A stretch of DNA of 63,567 nt, counting the filler, from Trichomonas gallinae (lineage: Eukaryota): the NCBI GenBank assembly GCA_008369845.1. It is 4 parts of 4 records of this genome, joined end to end, with 100 filler letters (N's around TTAATTAATTAA, not from the genome) between each part and the next. Parts side by side here need not be neighbours in the genome. Positions count along the whole stretch, not along the records: positions 27,390 to 52,567 come from MRSU01000254.1; positions 52,668 to 61,282 come from MRSU01000262.1; 2 more parts are not named here. One strand, 5' to 3'. The translations under genes and the position numbers were made by a program. Position 1 is the first letter of the stretch; each line of letters opens with the position of its first letter. Of the stretch, positions 42,301-53,776 are shown piece after piece. The notes under the pieces are model-generated. The model did not search any database, had not been told where the DNA came from, and was given only the letters and a program-made list of their open reading frames with translations.

Positions 42301-44814
42301 ATGGAAGCGATTCAGGTCCAGTTTCCATTGTCATTTCAAGATATTTCTTCGATGACAGAATTTGGAGGTAATTTATGGGTTGGTACGTTTCATGGAAAAA
42401 TCCAAATATTAACTCCAAATCCAGATTCAATATCAAATCCTTTCTTTTTAAGCGACAAAACTCCATTTTCAGAAGAAAATACGCATATACATACAATGTT
42501 TACTATAGAACCACTCTCCAAAGTTTTTGCATTCATTAAAAAAGATGAAATTGGAAAAATTATCACAATCGATGATAAATTCAAGGTAGAAACATTCGCA
42601 GAAGGTGTTACACTTGCTTCATGCTCACCTAAAGGCTGTTTACCAGCTTTTGCGATTGCAAAAAATAATTTGTTTTATTATTATTCGATTAAAGACAAAG
42701 TTTTACAGTCTCCAATTGAAGTTGATGGTCTAGCAACTATAAAAAACATCGCTGTAAACAATGCTGGCGTTGCTTTTTATGCAAATTCAATGTACTACCT
42801 TTGGTATAAGACCTCAAAGCGTACAACCAATGTAGCAGCTTGTGTTCTACCAAATTCATGCATAGCAGCTGATAAAAACTCATTTGTCTTTTGTATGAAA
42901 GAAATGATAACAATTAGCGGCGAAGATGGCCAAAAAATGCATCCACCAATCGCAATCAACAAAAGCATATTAGAAAGCACAGATCCACCACATTTGGGCT
43001 GCTTCTTCGGCGGAAAATGTCATCTTTTTTATCTAACAAATACGATTTCAGCAAAAATCACTTATTCCCACAACGACAACTTTGTTCCGCGCAAGATCCC
43101 CAAAGTTGTAACATACAGCACCTACGGAGACATTCTATACCTAGTTTCAGAGATGGGCATCTTCATGACTGGCGGAATGACTGACGGAATGAAACTTGCC
43201 ACAATGGCGTCAAAAAATGGCATCAAAGCTGCATTAGACGTGGCCAAAACACTTGATCATAAAAGGCTGGAGAATGCTCTGGTAGACTTCTTTAGAACTC
43301 TATGGGAGATGAAGTTGTTCAAAGAAGCAATGATACTTTTATCAGAAATATTATGGACCGAAGATGTCAAAGAAGTTCTTTCACTTTTCCCTTTCTTCGT
43401 TTTAGATGCAAAACCTCAGCCACGCAACAAACTCAACGGATTGGTAGAATACACACTCGATGACATAACTGTTTTCGAGAAACTCGGCCAGTTCATGGAA
43501 TTCACACGAAAAATGTTTTCCGAGTCACATGAATCGAAATTAACGCATCAAATTCCTGTCTTAGAAACTGCTCTTTTCGAGTACTATGCTGTCTTCCATC
43601 AAACACGTGACTTAAATCAACTAATGGCCCAAGAAAATTCAGTTAATCAACAATCAGTGACATTATTTTTCAACCAACAACTCGCGAAGAGAAGTTTACA
43701 TCCAGCTTTGGCAATTTACTTCGCTTACACGGAAAGAATGGAAGAAAGCCTGCAGATATGGAAAACACTGAATGATGCAGACAAGAATTCGTCAAAATGG
43801 GCTCTAGAGGCAGCTTATACACTTCAAAACACAGACGACGATGATTTCATTAAAGCAAACTTAAAATGGATAAAGCAGAGAAGCCAATATGCATCAGTTG
43901 TTGCTTTCCTTCATCAAAATGTTGATGTTTCGTTTGCAATTTCATGGATAAAAGAGAACGCAAATGAATTCATGGTGAGTTTCACTGATTATTTAGTCAA
44001 AGAAAATTTGCTGAAGAAAGAAAATGCTAAGTTAGCTTTAGACTGTTATTGCAAATTGCAGTCAATTGCTGGTGCTCCTGAATTCACGGCTGATCATGCA
44101 TCTTTCTTCGAAAAGTATTATTCGCAGTGGCAAACGAGAACTCCGAGAGCAGAAGAATTGGATGAACTCGATATTTATATATGCAAACAGATTAAAAAAG
44201 TAGCAGAAACATTTCCTGATATTGATTTATCTAAGTACTGCAAACACGCAAAGACTTATGGCAAATTTGATCTCATGTTCACTTTGTTTGATATAAGTGG
44301 GAACTATTCAGATGCCGCAAAAGAATTTGTGACAACATGGAAAGTTGATTTCAGCAAAATTACGAATTTCTGCAGAAAATCGAGAAATCCCGAGAAAGCT
44401 TTTAAAATTACGATAGAACTTTTGATAGATGAAGGATACAACATGTTTACACAGTGTAGGAATTTCATTATGGATAACATTGAATATATCAATGAAGAAG
44501 ATTTGCTTTCTTGGATTCCCGATAATGCAAATCTCGACGACTTCATGGATATTTTAATCTGCATGGAGGGAAAATCTATTTTAAGACACAACGTCATTGA
44601 GATGCAAATGGCTTCGATTAAACAGATAGAAAATGACGTTGACTACAAACTTACCTGCCAAGAATTCAGACACTCAGATATTGGATACACGACAGTCTGC
44701 GAATCATGCAAAAGACCAGTTGGTGGCGGATTTGTTTCGATTTCACCGCAAAATACTGTTTATCACCTTGCTTGCAAACCTCAGAAACCAGAAAAAGTTG
44801 AGACCCAACCATAA
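42301..44814 (+). CDS. Vps39/Vam6/TGFBRAP1-like HOPS/CORVET subunit
   Basis: Beta-rich N-terminus (CNH-like), helical solenoid with VLETALFEYY, and C-terminal CESCKRPV...VYHLAC zinc knuckle. Confidence 0.75.
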   Translation: MEAIQVQFPLSFQDISSMTEFGGNLWVGTFHGKIQILTPNPDSISNPFFLSDKTPFSEENTHIHTMFTIEPLSKVFAFIKKDEIGKIITIDDKFKVETFAEGVTLASCSPKGCLPAFAIAKNNLFYYYSIKDKVLQSPIEVDGLATIKNIAVNNAGVAFYANSMYYLWYKTSKRTTNVAACVLPNSCIAADKNSFVFCMKEMITISGEDGQKMHPPIAINKSILESTDPPHLGCFFGGKCHLFYLTNTISAKITYSHNDNFVPRKIPKVVTYSTYGDILYLVSEMGIFMTGGMTDGMKLATMASKNGIKAALDVAKTLDHKRLENALVDFFRTLWEMKLFKEAMILLSEILWTEDVKEVLSLFPFFVLDAKPQPRNKLNGLVEYTLDDITVFEKLGQFMEFTRKMFSESHESKLTHQIPVLETALFEYYAVFHQTRDLNQLMAQENSVNQQSVTLFFNQQLAKRSLHPALAIYFAYTERMEESLQIWKTLNDADKNSSKWALEAAYTLQNTDDDDFIKANLKWIKQRSQYASVVAFLHQNVDVSFAISWIKENANEFMVSFTDYLVKENLLKKENAKLALDCYCKLQSIAGAPEFTADHASFFEKYYSQWQTRTPRAEELDELDIYICKQIKKVAETFPDIDLSKYCKHAKTYGKFDLMFTLFDISGNYSDAAKEFVTTWKVDFSKITNFCRKSRNPEKAFKITIELLIDEGYNMFTQCRNFIMDNIEYINEEDLLSWIPDNANLDDFMDILICMEGKSILRHNVIEMQMASIKQIENDVDYKLTCQEFRHSDIGYTTVCESCKRPVGGGFVSISPQNTVYHLACKPQKPEKVETQP

Positions 44815-44953
44815 TTATATATTGTTGTTATTGAATAAATTGTTTTAATTTTATAACTATATTATTTCTTTGACGATTATCAAATACTTGATCCATAAAA
44901 CAAAATAAATTCGATTGCTGTGATTAAAATAAATGATTTAAATTAAAGTAAAA

Positions 44954-47900
44954 TTATTGACTTGGAAAGCCAAATCCAAAATGCTGTGATAACTGTGATT
45001 GGTACTCATGCTGTAACTGCTGCTGGAGTCTGAGTTGATCTTGGTCTTGGCCTACAGCTGTATTTGAGAAAATCTGCTGCATCATCATTGCTTGATTTTG
45101 TTGACCAATCATCTGTTGCTGATATGGTGACGCCACGCCTTGTTGCATCGTTTGGCCCGTTCCAAACTGTTGCATTTGTTGTGAAATCTGATTTTGCATC
45201 ATTTGATTCATTCCAAATTGCTGATTCTGGTTTTGCATCGTCTGTTGCTGTTGTAAATTCTGTGCTGAATTCATTTGATTCATTCCAAACTGATTCTGAT
45301 TTTGGTTCTGTATAATCTGCTGCTGTGAATTCTGTGCTGAATTCATTTGACCAATTCCAAACTGCTGCGTCATTTGTGGCTGCTGCGGATTTTGAGTTTG
45401 CATCACCTGATTCATTCCATACTGCATCTGAGGTTGAACAATTGTTTGCAGTTGAGGAGGCATATTTGGATGCATGTTCATCATCTCAGCAGGCGGTTGA
45501 TGATATTGCACATTTGCTTGCATCTGCTGAATATTCTGCGTGTTTGGCGGCATTTGTTGAACAATTGCTTGTATTTGCTGTATGTTTTGCGTTTGTTGAA
45601 CATTCTGGGAGTTTGCTGGCATCTGCTGTTGAACATTTTGTGCTTGAACAGCAATTTGCGGATTTGATGAAGATTGCGATATCATTTTCTGTGTATTTTT
45701 TATGAGAGTTGGATCCAACCGTGGCGTTGGATTCAGAGAAGTAGTTGGAGCGTTTGTCGTTGCAGTTTGTTGAGTCTGCTGTTGTGGCTGTATCATTTGA
45801 TTCTGCATTTGCAGAGGCATTTGCATGAATCCCAAAGGTGGGTAAAATCCTTGTGGCACTTGCATAAACTGGTTTTGAAAAGCTGGCTGTTGAATTCCCA
45901 TCATCTGGAACGTTCCTGGAGTCTGACCAAATTGCATCGGCATTCCAATCATTCCCGGCATCATCGACATCTGCTGGAACTGGAACTGTGGCTGCATGAA
46001 TTGGAACCGTGGAGGCTGTTGATTTACAACTGAACTATTTTGGACTTCTTGTGGTTCAAGTTTCTTTTCTTCTTTCTGTTCTTGTTTTGGAGAGGAATTT
46101 TGTGAATTTGGAGCAACAATTTTCTGTTTTTGCACAGGTGGTTGTTTTGTTTCTTTTTTCTTTTCGTTCGGAAGTTTCGCATAAACGGTTCTTTCATTTT
46201 CGTTTTCGACGTTTATATGGATCATCTCGGGAGTTCTCACGCAGTAAATTGACTCTTCTGTTTGTTCATTTTGGCTCAAATTGATTTTAAGCTGCTTGAA
46301 AGCAGCAGTGAATAGTTTAGTTGCGCTTTCATCAATTTTTTCTTTGTTAACTGAAATTTCGATGTTCAAAGAATTCAAGAACGAGAAAATCTTCAATGCA
46401 TTTGAATTAGTGAAATCAGATGATTTCTTCACCAAGGCAGGAAGTTTAAAGCATAGATCAGCGCACTTATTCAGATAAATGCTGAAATCAAATTCGCAAT
46501 CATTCTCTAAATCAGGTATAACCAGATCATCAACATTTTCGTCAAGTTTGCAGATTTCGTTTCCAAAACCATATTCTAGTGCAGCCGGTGGCTTTTCTTT
46601 GATACTGTTCACTTCATATTTGTTGGGTGGATTTTTATCAACGAGAATCAGTGCATTGACAGAGTCTTTGACAATTGTAGTTGGATAGTTTTTGACAGCA
46701 TTATTCAACTTTGTATATTTCTTCTGAAAGTCTCCAATTTTTATTGGATTGAACTGAATTGCAGAAGTCATTAATTTTTGCGCGCTGAACATATCTTCAA
46801 TTTTGATTGGAAGTCTCAAGCCATACTTTGTGTATTTGATGTTTTTAAGTCTATGCGAGAAGACATCAAATATGGTTGCAATAATAACATCTTTTGTTCT
46901 TTTGTCTTTGGTCTTTTTGTGCAGTTTTTCTTTTCCAACTCTTAAGAATGAGAAAAGCTTTTCGACAATACTATAGAGTTTGTCAATGTTTTTAATTGGC
47001 TTGAAAATTCCATGAAGGTAATCCAATTTTTCGCTCATTGGAACCCAAACATTGTGCCACTTGTCATATCCTTCATTTGGATCGTATGGTTGATCGCATA
47101 ATCTTTTTGCAACAATCTTCATCTTTGATGAATCGAATTCATCTTCCATGACAATTTTGTAATTGTCTCCAGCAATGGCGAAATAGCAATAGTTAGTAAT
47201 TTCAGGTGGAATGATTGTTGGAATTGAAAAGTCAACGAATGTTTCGACATTGTATTCATCATCTGTTTCCATCCATTCATATGTTATCGGAGAAACTACG
47301 ATAAACTTGAATTCAGGAATAGGAATATATTCTTTTGGCTTTATTGGCCTCCATTGTTTATCAGAAGTGTAGTAAAGGTAAGGATGATCTTCACATTCTG
47401 GGACTAAGCATTCGAAGCAGATTTGGTCATCTTCAATATGAAAATCAAGATGAACATTAATTATATCGAACTTGAAAACTTTCTTGAATTCATTTTTCTC
47501 TGATGTGATGATTAAAGTGAATTCTGTGTCTTCGAAAGTATACTTGCTGAAGCAGATGTCAAAACTGACAACATCATCTAAATATTTCATCTCTTTGATC
47601 AGCAATAAATCATTTTGTACATAATCCGCGATGATACGATCTTTTGGATCACTTAAAGCTGCTCCGACAAAGAAGTAATGTCTAAAGCCGAGTAATCCGC
47701 AGAATAATTCATCAGGAATTGCTTCTATTTTCTGCGTGAATCTGTTGAAATACAAAATTGTAAATTGCTGGCTAAATACATCATTGCAAATATCGATATT
47801 GAATGAAGTATTGTCACCAACTTTAACGCACATTGTTGTATTGACATTGGACTCAAAGAAAATATTGCTCTTCTTTTGCAATTCATTGTATTGAACATTT

Positions 47901-50900
47901 GGAATTTTGTCATCATTCGAGAAAGTAATTTTATGATGGATTCGATTGTACTTCCCTCCAAATGTTGTGATTTGCAATGGCTGGTCTTTAAACATAGGCT
48001 TCTTGTTGAATGTGAACATTTTCGTTGATTTATTGTAGAAAAGTGAATTTCCTTCAACTTTTAGAAAAACTTTTGTTCTGATTTTATTGAAATCAACGTG
48101 AATAGGGAATCTATTGCCTTCGACAATCATTATATAGTCAACCATCTGCTCTCCTATATCAAATTTTTCGAAAGGAATGCAAATCCTGATTTGGTAGTCG
48201 CAGATTCCAATAAATGCTCCTTTCGGTCCTTCTAAAGCAACATCGATATCATTTGTGTTTGTATAAATAAGGATTTCTAATGGCCTCGTTTGCATCGTCA
48301 TTACATCAGGTATCGTTAAATCGATGTAAGAAAAGTTTGAAGCTATTTGCGAATTTATAGAATAGAGGAACAAATATTTTTGTCCGTTATCATATAATTT
48401 ATCGCATATGTTTGTAACAGAATTTGCCAAACAGGTAATTTTCTTTTCGAAATCAACATTCAAGACTTTATCTTTGATTTTCTCCAATTGTTTCAGTTTA
48501 TCTAGGATGTATTCGAGCTTGCTTTTATCTACTTGACTTCCTTTTGTCTGCGTAATGATTTTGATCGCTGAGGTGACTTCTTCGACTAAGTTTTCTTCCG
48601 AAAAACCAGTTTTCTCTAATTCAATCAACTTCTTTGATAATGATTTGAGCTCGGCTTCCGATTTATAAGATGTAATTTTTGTTGAAGGAAGAGAAATTTC
48701 AAAGAATTCCGGTTCTACTCCTTCCCAAGTGAATTTTTTTCTGCTGAATTTCGAGTCGAATTTGAAGAAAAACAAATCATCTCTTCTATGGTATCTAAAG
48801 AAAGTTCCAGCAATTTTGTTCCTTATTGTAAATGTTGGTACATTCAAGAAAACTAGTTCGTGATTTACTAATTGCTCCGACTTGTCGAATTCCAAATAAG
48901 GAATTGTATCTTTAAGAATTGTGGCGAGTGTTTGCGGTAAAATGTCGAATTTAACTTTGTCTGAGTCTTTCTTCATAGGTGGTTGAATGTCTACCAAAAA
49001 GTTATTCAATAAACCAGCGAAAGATTTGCTGAGAGAAATCTTCAAATTTGCTTTGTTCGACTGAGAAACTTTTGAGCAAATTTGTAATGCTTCTTCCTTC
49101 AAGAAACTAATATCATTAACTCTCTTTTGGTAAGCCACTTGATAAAATTCTCTCGAAAGATTTGATATATTCAAAAGCTTTTCAATATATTTTTCGATGA
49201 AAGCATCAACACAATCAGAAAGATTTTGGCTGGCAGCGAAACTCGTAATTTCATTGAGTTTTGCAAAAATAGCCTGCATGTCTGACTGATTACCAGAGAC
49301 ATAACGCATCAAGATCAGTTTCATGTCATCAGAAATGTACTTTATTTGTGATAAATTTTGATTAATCATTTTTCCATTTTCGACGACATTAATTGACATA
49401 ATCGTGTTGATATAAAGCGAGATTATAGGGATCGAGTTTGCTGTTGATTTAGCGAGCCACTGCTTGAAAACAAAGATCTGGTCAAAAGTAAATCCATTCG
49501 ATTCTAAGACTTTGTAAACTGCAGAATTCATTGACAAGTCAAATGGAATGACAAAGTTTTTCTTTGTTTCCATTTCAGTGCAGAATCTCATGAATTCATT
49601 TAACTGATCATTATCCACTTGCTTTATTGGTTTCTTCTCGACAAACTGTTGTAGCTGGCTGAATGTTTCGATCTTTTCAAGTTGCTTAAGATCATAACCA
49701 TTCTTCTTATTGATCCACTTGCAAAACGTAGCAATAAATCTGACAAAAGTTTTCGCGTTGATCTGCGGCATCACCAAAACCATATCATGGGGATAACAGT
49801 TGAATATATTGACAAGCTCATCAACCATCGTATTTGAAAGTTCATTGCACCTAAAAACTTTTTCAAAGAGTTTCCCTGGTACTAGAAACTCTAAAGGAAG
49901 TGAAGTAATCAAATTCCTTTGTAATTTTTCCATCGCTTCATCTTTATTAGATGTTTGTATCATATTTTCGAGTAGTGCCTTAGCCTGGTGGTTCAGAGGG
50001 TTCTGAGCCTTTTCGATCAAATATAGTCCGTAAGAATAAAAAAGAACTGGATACAAAAATGAAAAAGAGTTTTGGGTAGTTTCGCTGGTCCATTTGATGA
50101 TAGATTTGATGTCAATGTTCTCATAACGCTTGATTACATCGCATGATGTACCCCAAACGGGTTTATTAAGTGTTTCCAAAAATGGATTATTATCAAAAAT
50201 TTGTAGTCGCGCCTTAAAATTATCGGTTACATAAGTTTGGAGAAGGTTATACATGAATTGGAAAGATCCCGGGTTTGTTTTCATCTCATTTACGTACAGA
50301 GAAATTTGATTTGTTGAATCAGTTCGATATTTTGAAGGAACATCAAAATCTCCGAAAATGTGCCATACAATAGTGAACTCATTGCTTTTTTCAAACCATG
50401 GTATATCAATGAGCTCAGGATTGTAAGATGGGAACAAGATACTTGAATGAAATGTAAATTTAAGTTTGTTTGCAAAATCATTAGGACTCATCGGATCAGG
50501 GTAAGTACTAACTATATTCTTTTTATAATTATAGCCGTAGAACACATTTTTAATAATGATTAATTCTAATGTTTGACTTGTGACGTTTTTGTTAGCGATA
50601 TATTCATTCACTATTGATATGTCAGTATCTTGTGATGAAATTTCATTAAATAGGGCAATAATTTGGGCAATGTAAGTATTTTTCGGGAAGTTTACCGATT
50701 TATATCCATTATTATGAAGTAATAACACTAATAAATCGCTAAAATTCGTGATTTCACTCGTTAAATAGTAATATTCAATAGTTTGAAAATTTGGAATATA
50801 ATTTGACCCTTTTAGGAGCTGATAAATAAAGTATTTTTGATCATTAGTGAAATTTAAATTGGGGTACTCGTATAAGTTATACAGTAATGTTAGTTTTGAA

Positions 50901-51028
50901 TTTGTTGAAATTTCTTTATCGATTAGACTGAAGCATTGTTCTTTCAGAGGATAATTTATGTTTCCTTCCTTGAGCATCTGCACAAGCGTCGTTTCAGCTT
51001 CGGAAATACTCGAAACTTTCACCGACAT
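44954..51028 (-). CDS. 2024-aa hypothetical protein with Q/M/P/G-rich low-complexity C-terminus
   Basis: Single 6-kb ORF; last ~350 aa have QQFGMNQMNSAQN-type repeats. Confidence 0.88.
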   Translation of the reverse strand: MSVKVSSISEAETTLVQMLKEGNINYPLKEQCFSLIDKEISTNSKLTLLYNLYEYPNLNFTNDQKYFIYQLLKGSNYIPNFQTIEYYYLTSEITNFSDLLVLLLHNNGYKSVNFPKNTYIAQIIALFNEISSQDTDISIVNEYIANKNVTSQTLELIIIKNVFYGYNYKKNIVSTYPDPMSPNDFANKLKFTFHSSILFPSYNPELIDIPWFEKSNEFTIVWHIFGDFDVPSKYRTDSTNQISLYVNEMKTNPGSFQFMYNLLQTYVTDNFKARLQIFDNNPFLETLNKPVWGTSCDVIKRYENIDIKSIIKWTSETTQNSFSFLYPVLFYSYGLYLIEKAQNPLNHQAKALLENMIQTSNKDEAMEKLQRNLITSLPLEFLVPGKLFEKVFRCNELSNTMVDELVNIFNCYPHDMVLVMPQINAKTFVRFIATFCKWINKKNGYDLKQLEKIETFSQLQQFVEKKPIKQVDNDQLNEFMRFCTEMETKKNFVIPFDLSMNSAVYKVLESNGFTFDQIFVFKQWLAKSTANSIPIISLYINTIMSINVVENGKMINQNLSQIKYISDDMKLILMRYVSGNQSDMQAIFAKLNEITSFAASQNLSDCVDAFIEKYIEKLLNISNLSREFYQVAYQKRVNDISFLKEEALQICSKVSQSNKANLKISLSKSFAGLLNNFLVDIQPPMKKDSDKVKFDILPQTLATILKDTIPYLEFDKSEQLVNHELVFLNVPTFTIRNKIAGTFFRYHRRDDLFFFKFDSKFSRKKFTWEGVEPEFFEISLPSTKITSYKSEAELKSLSKKLIELEKTGFSEENLVEEVTSAIKIITQTKGSQVDKSKLEYILDKLKQLEKIKDKVLNVDFEKKITCLANSVTNICDKLYDNGQKYLFLYSINSQIASNFSYIDLTIPDVMTMQTRPLEILIYTNTNDIDVALEGPKGAFIGICDYQIRICIPFEKFDIGEQMVDYIMIVEGNRFPIHVDFNKIRTKVFLKVEGNSLFYNKSTKMFTFNKKPMFKDQPLQITTFGGKYNRIHHKITFSNDDKIPNVQYNELQKKSNIFFESNVNTTMCVKVGDNTSFNIDICNDVFSQQFTILYFNRFTQKIEAIPDELFCGLLGFRHYFFVGAALSDPKDRIIADYVQNDLLLIKEMKYLDDVVSFDICFSKYTFEDTEFTLIITSEKNEFKKVFKFDIINVHLDFHIEDDQICFECLVPECEDHPYLYYTSDKQWRPIKPKEYIPIPEFKFIVVSPITYEWMETDDEYNVETFVDFSIPTIIPPEITNYCYFAIAGDNYKIVMEDEFDSSKMKIVAKRLCDQPYDPNEGYDKWHNVWVPMSEKLDYLHGIFKPIKNIDKLYSIVEKLFSFLRVGKEKLHKKTKDKRTKDVIIATIFDVFSHRLKNIKYTKYGLRLPIKIEDMFSAQKLMTSAIQFNPIKIGDFQKKYTKLNNAVKNYPTTIVKDSVNALILVDKNPPNKYEVNSIKEKPPAALEYGFGNEICKLDENVDDLVIPDLENDCEFDFSIYLNKCADLCFKLPALVKKSSDFTNSNALKIFSFLNSLNIEISVNKEKIDESATKLFTAAFKQLKINLSQNEQTEESIYCVRTPEMIHINVENENERTVYAKLPNEKKKETKQPPVQKQKIVAPNSQNSSPKQEQKEEKKLEPQEVQNSSVVNQQPPRFQFMQPQFQFQQMSMMPGMIGMPMQFGQTPGTFQMMGIQQPAFQNQFMQVPQGFYPPLGFMQMPLQMQNQMIQPQQQTQQTATTNAPTTSLNPTPRLDPTLIKNTQKMISQSSSNPQIAVQAQNVQQQMPANSQNVQQTQNIQQIQAIVQQMPPNTQNIQQMQANVQYHQPPAEMMNMHPNMPPQLQTIVQPQMQYGMNQVMQTQNPQQPQMTQQFGIGQMNSAQNSQQQIIQNQNQNQFGMNQMNSAQNLQQQQTMQNQNQQFGMNQMMQNQISQQMQQFGTGQTMQQGVASPYQQQMIGQQNQAMMMQQIFSNTAVGQDQDQLRLQQQLQHEYQSQLSQHFGFGFPSQ

Positions 51029-52022
51029 TTTGGAATAAAAATTTTGATATAAGACAAGTGGATAATTTCATCTTCTATTGTTAAAAGATCAAAAACATGA
51101 TTTGGTTAGCAATGCAAGGCCTTAATTCTAAGTATTATTTCAATATGAAATTACAAAATCGAGTTTCAAGCTATAATCTTTGGGAATTGCTTTTCATATC
51201 AGCATTAAAATCATAATTCGCAATTTCTTCCATAAGACGGGGAAAAATGACAAACTTTTGAAATAATGATGTTAATAACTATACACGGTCGAAAAACGCA
51301 TTTAATGCACGCTATAAATATAGTTTTCCGAAGCACAGCTATGTTTATCATTAAGTTATAATTTTGATTGATTAATTTAAAGCATATAGTTTCAAAACAT
51401 ATTTACTATATCTTTTATCATCAGATATTCACATATTTTCTGTTAAATCATCATCAATTAGTAATCAAACTTTTCCGAATTCAAGCAATGTTATTTTACG
51501 TTTTTTATAGATTTTGTTTTTGGAACTCAATGCACATAAGTAGAAGGTTATTTTATGCGGAACTTTATTTAAAAATACAGCTACCAAAAATTACTTGAAA
51601 ATATTTCGTAGTTAAAAACACAAAATGACAAGATGAATATTAACGTATACATTACCAAAGTCATTAAAATTCATAAATTCGGTAGATGCATCCAACCTCT
51701 GGTGAATTTTAAAATTGGAATTGAATCTTTTAAACTGTAATTAGCTATACGATGAAACATATAGATTCTCACGACCATATAGCAATTTATTCACAGGACA
51801 TGGTCGCTTAATCCTAGAATAAAGAAAATCAAAAAAAGTCACTTTTTAGGATTATGTTGTTTTCTCTAATATTTGGATATATTGATGATAAAGAAGGCTA
51901 AAATTTTTGGCTATCAAATCAAATTTGAGGGGAAAATAATCGACTTTTCAATATTTTTATGGCCGGGAATTTGCTAGGAAAATGGTTTTAAATGAAATCA
52001 TATAAAAAATTTTCTTGGAAAA

Positions 52023-52030
52023 AGCGGTTA
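52023..52030 (+). promoter_or_regulatory. M3-like core promoter element (AGCGGTTA) with TCATTT Inr at 52049
   Basis: Matches the trichomonad motif-3 consensus DRCSGYTD about 30-40 nt before the ATG at 52062. Confidence 0.5.
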
Positions 52031-52061
52031 GTGAAGCCAAGTATTTTTTCATTTCAAGTGA

Positions 52062-52567
52062 ATGGGTTGTTCCGCATCCAAGGCGAAAGATCCAGGCACT
52101 TTACCGAGGTTCGTGGAATCACAACCGAGAGTAAAGGAGTCCAGTCCTGAGAAGAAGGGAGAAGAAGTAAAGAAGGATGAAAAGAAGATCGATGAGACTC
52201 CAAAGGAAGAAAAGAAGGAAGATAAAGAGGAGAAGAAGGATAAGAAAGAGAAGAATGAAAAGAAGGAGAAGAAAGATAAGGATGAATCGTCTTCATCTTC
52301 TTCCTCATCGTCTAAGAAGAAGAAATCTACAGAAGATGATGCAGCTAAGAAGGCAGCAGAGGAAGAAGCCGCAAAGAAGGCTGCTGAAAAAGAAGCTGCA
52401 CGCAAGGCTGCTGAAGAGGAAGCTGCTCGCAAGGCTGCTGAGGAAGAGGCCGCACGTAAGGCTGCTGAAGAAGAGGCCGCACGTAAGGCTGCTGAAGAAG
52501 AGGCCGCACGTAAGGCTGCTGAAGAGGAAGCTGCTCGCAAGGCTGCTGAGGAAGAGGCCGCACGTAA
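52062..52567 (+). CDS. Putatively N-myristoylated/palmitoylated K/E-rich protein with KAAEEEAAR repeats (3' end lost in gap)
   Basis: MGCSASK N-terminus; charged tract; about 8 tandem 27-bp repeats running into the N gap. Confidence 0.85.
52350..52567 (+). repeat. Coding 27-bp tandem repeat (KAAEEEAAR x~8)
   Basis: AAGGCTGCTGARGARGARGCYGCWCGY repeated. Confidence 0.95.
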
Positions 52568-52667
52568 NNNNNNNNNNNNNNNNNNNNNNNNNNNNNNNNN
52601 NNNNNNNNNNNTTAATTAATTAANNNNNNNNNNNNNNNNNNNNNNNNNNNNNNNNNNNNNNNNNNNN
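52568..52667. other. Assembly spacer
   Basis: N run with TTAATTAATTAA. Confidence 0.98.
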
Positions 52668-53323
52668 TAATACTAACAAAATTGAAGGCCTTATCAATCT
52701 TGTCTGAGGCTATTTCAATTGTTCTAAGGCTATTGTGCCCTCGGTATGCAGCTTTTTACGGTATTCAAAAATTCACAGATATTTGAAATCTCTATATATG
52801 ATATACATTATTATTTTCATGCTTTTGTTTGAACATCCAATCATCTATTCAAAATTTTTTAATTATCATTATAATAATCTATTTATTATGCTGATGACCA
52901 CTTATTCAATTCATCCAATCAATACCTCTCAATTCAAAATCTTCTTCACTTTAAATGTCAAACATCTATTTTATCATATAGGCAATAATTTATTTTATAA
53001 AATTGTTGATACGATTCTCAAAATTTAAAAATTCAATCAGTTTAAAACGCTAGCTCACAAATTTTTGATGTCGTATTTTTAATATGCTGTATTTATGATA
53101 TATAGTAATTTTAAACCAAAATTATTATTTTTAGATGGCCACTAATTTGAGAAGAATAAAACTTTTTAGCATTCAAAATTTCAAACCTAATGATATGTTC
53201 TTATAATTATTATCTGTATATGTTATTAATGATTTTAAAGATAATTGTCTTTTTCAGAGAAAACGATTTAAAATTTTGAGGCTGACCCATCATCGTTCGG
53301 AACTACTTATTCATTTTTTCGAA

Positions 53324-53776
53324 ATGTATTCTTCTATGATGTCCTCTGACAGCTCATCAGATAGCAATGAAAGTGATCATCATGTCATCTTCCCAGACAT
53401 CTTCACACTCATGGGATCTCGCGGCATCTTCATCAAGAAGTCTCAGATGTCTATTTTCCCAGAAGAGTCAATTGTTATTCCACATGTTGTCGCTTCACCT
53501 GTACAGAACCCAATAAAGAAGCGCAAAGAAGGTAAGCGTACTTTGTTCTCAGACTCACAGCGTTCAATCCTTATGCACTGGCTTAAGAACCACCAATCAA
53601 ACCCATACCCAACATCCTCAGAAAAGCAAGAGCTTATGGACAAGACAGGCCTCAACCGTGATCAGATCAACGTTTGGTTCACAAACAACAGAGTTAGACA
53701 CGGCATGTCTTGCTCATCACAGCACCATGGAAAGAACTCACACTCCAGCATGTATAATCGTAACTATCAGCTCTAA
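53324..53776 (+). CDS. TALE-class (KN) homeodomain protein (ATG at 53324)
   Basis: LMHWLKNHQSNPYPTSSEKQELMDKTGLNRDQINVWFTNNRVR with the PYP three-residue loop extension; TCATTTTT Inr at 53311. Confidence 0.93.
   Translation: MYSSMMSSDSSSDSNESDHHVIFPDIFTLMGSRGIFIKKSQMSIFPEESIVIPHVVASPVQNPIKKRKEGKRTLFSDSQRSILMHWLKNHQSNPYPTSSEKQELMDKTGLNRDQINVWFTNNRVRHGMSCSSQHHGKNSHSSMYNRNYQL

Noticed and set aside
45064..46688. Multiple + strand ORFs inside the 2024-aa gene
   Set aside because: Antisense shadows of the Q-rich low-complexity coding sequence
52049..52623. Alternative-frame and antisense ORFs ([15 protein letters not shown] repeats)
   Set aside because: Produced by the 27-bp repeat; only the MGCSASK frame has promoter motifs and a sensible N-terminus
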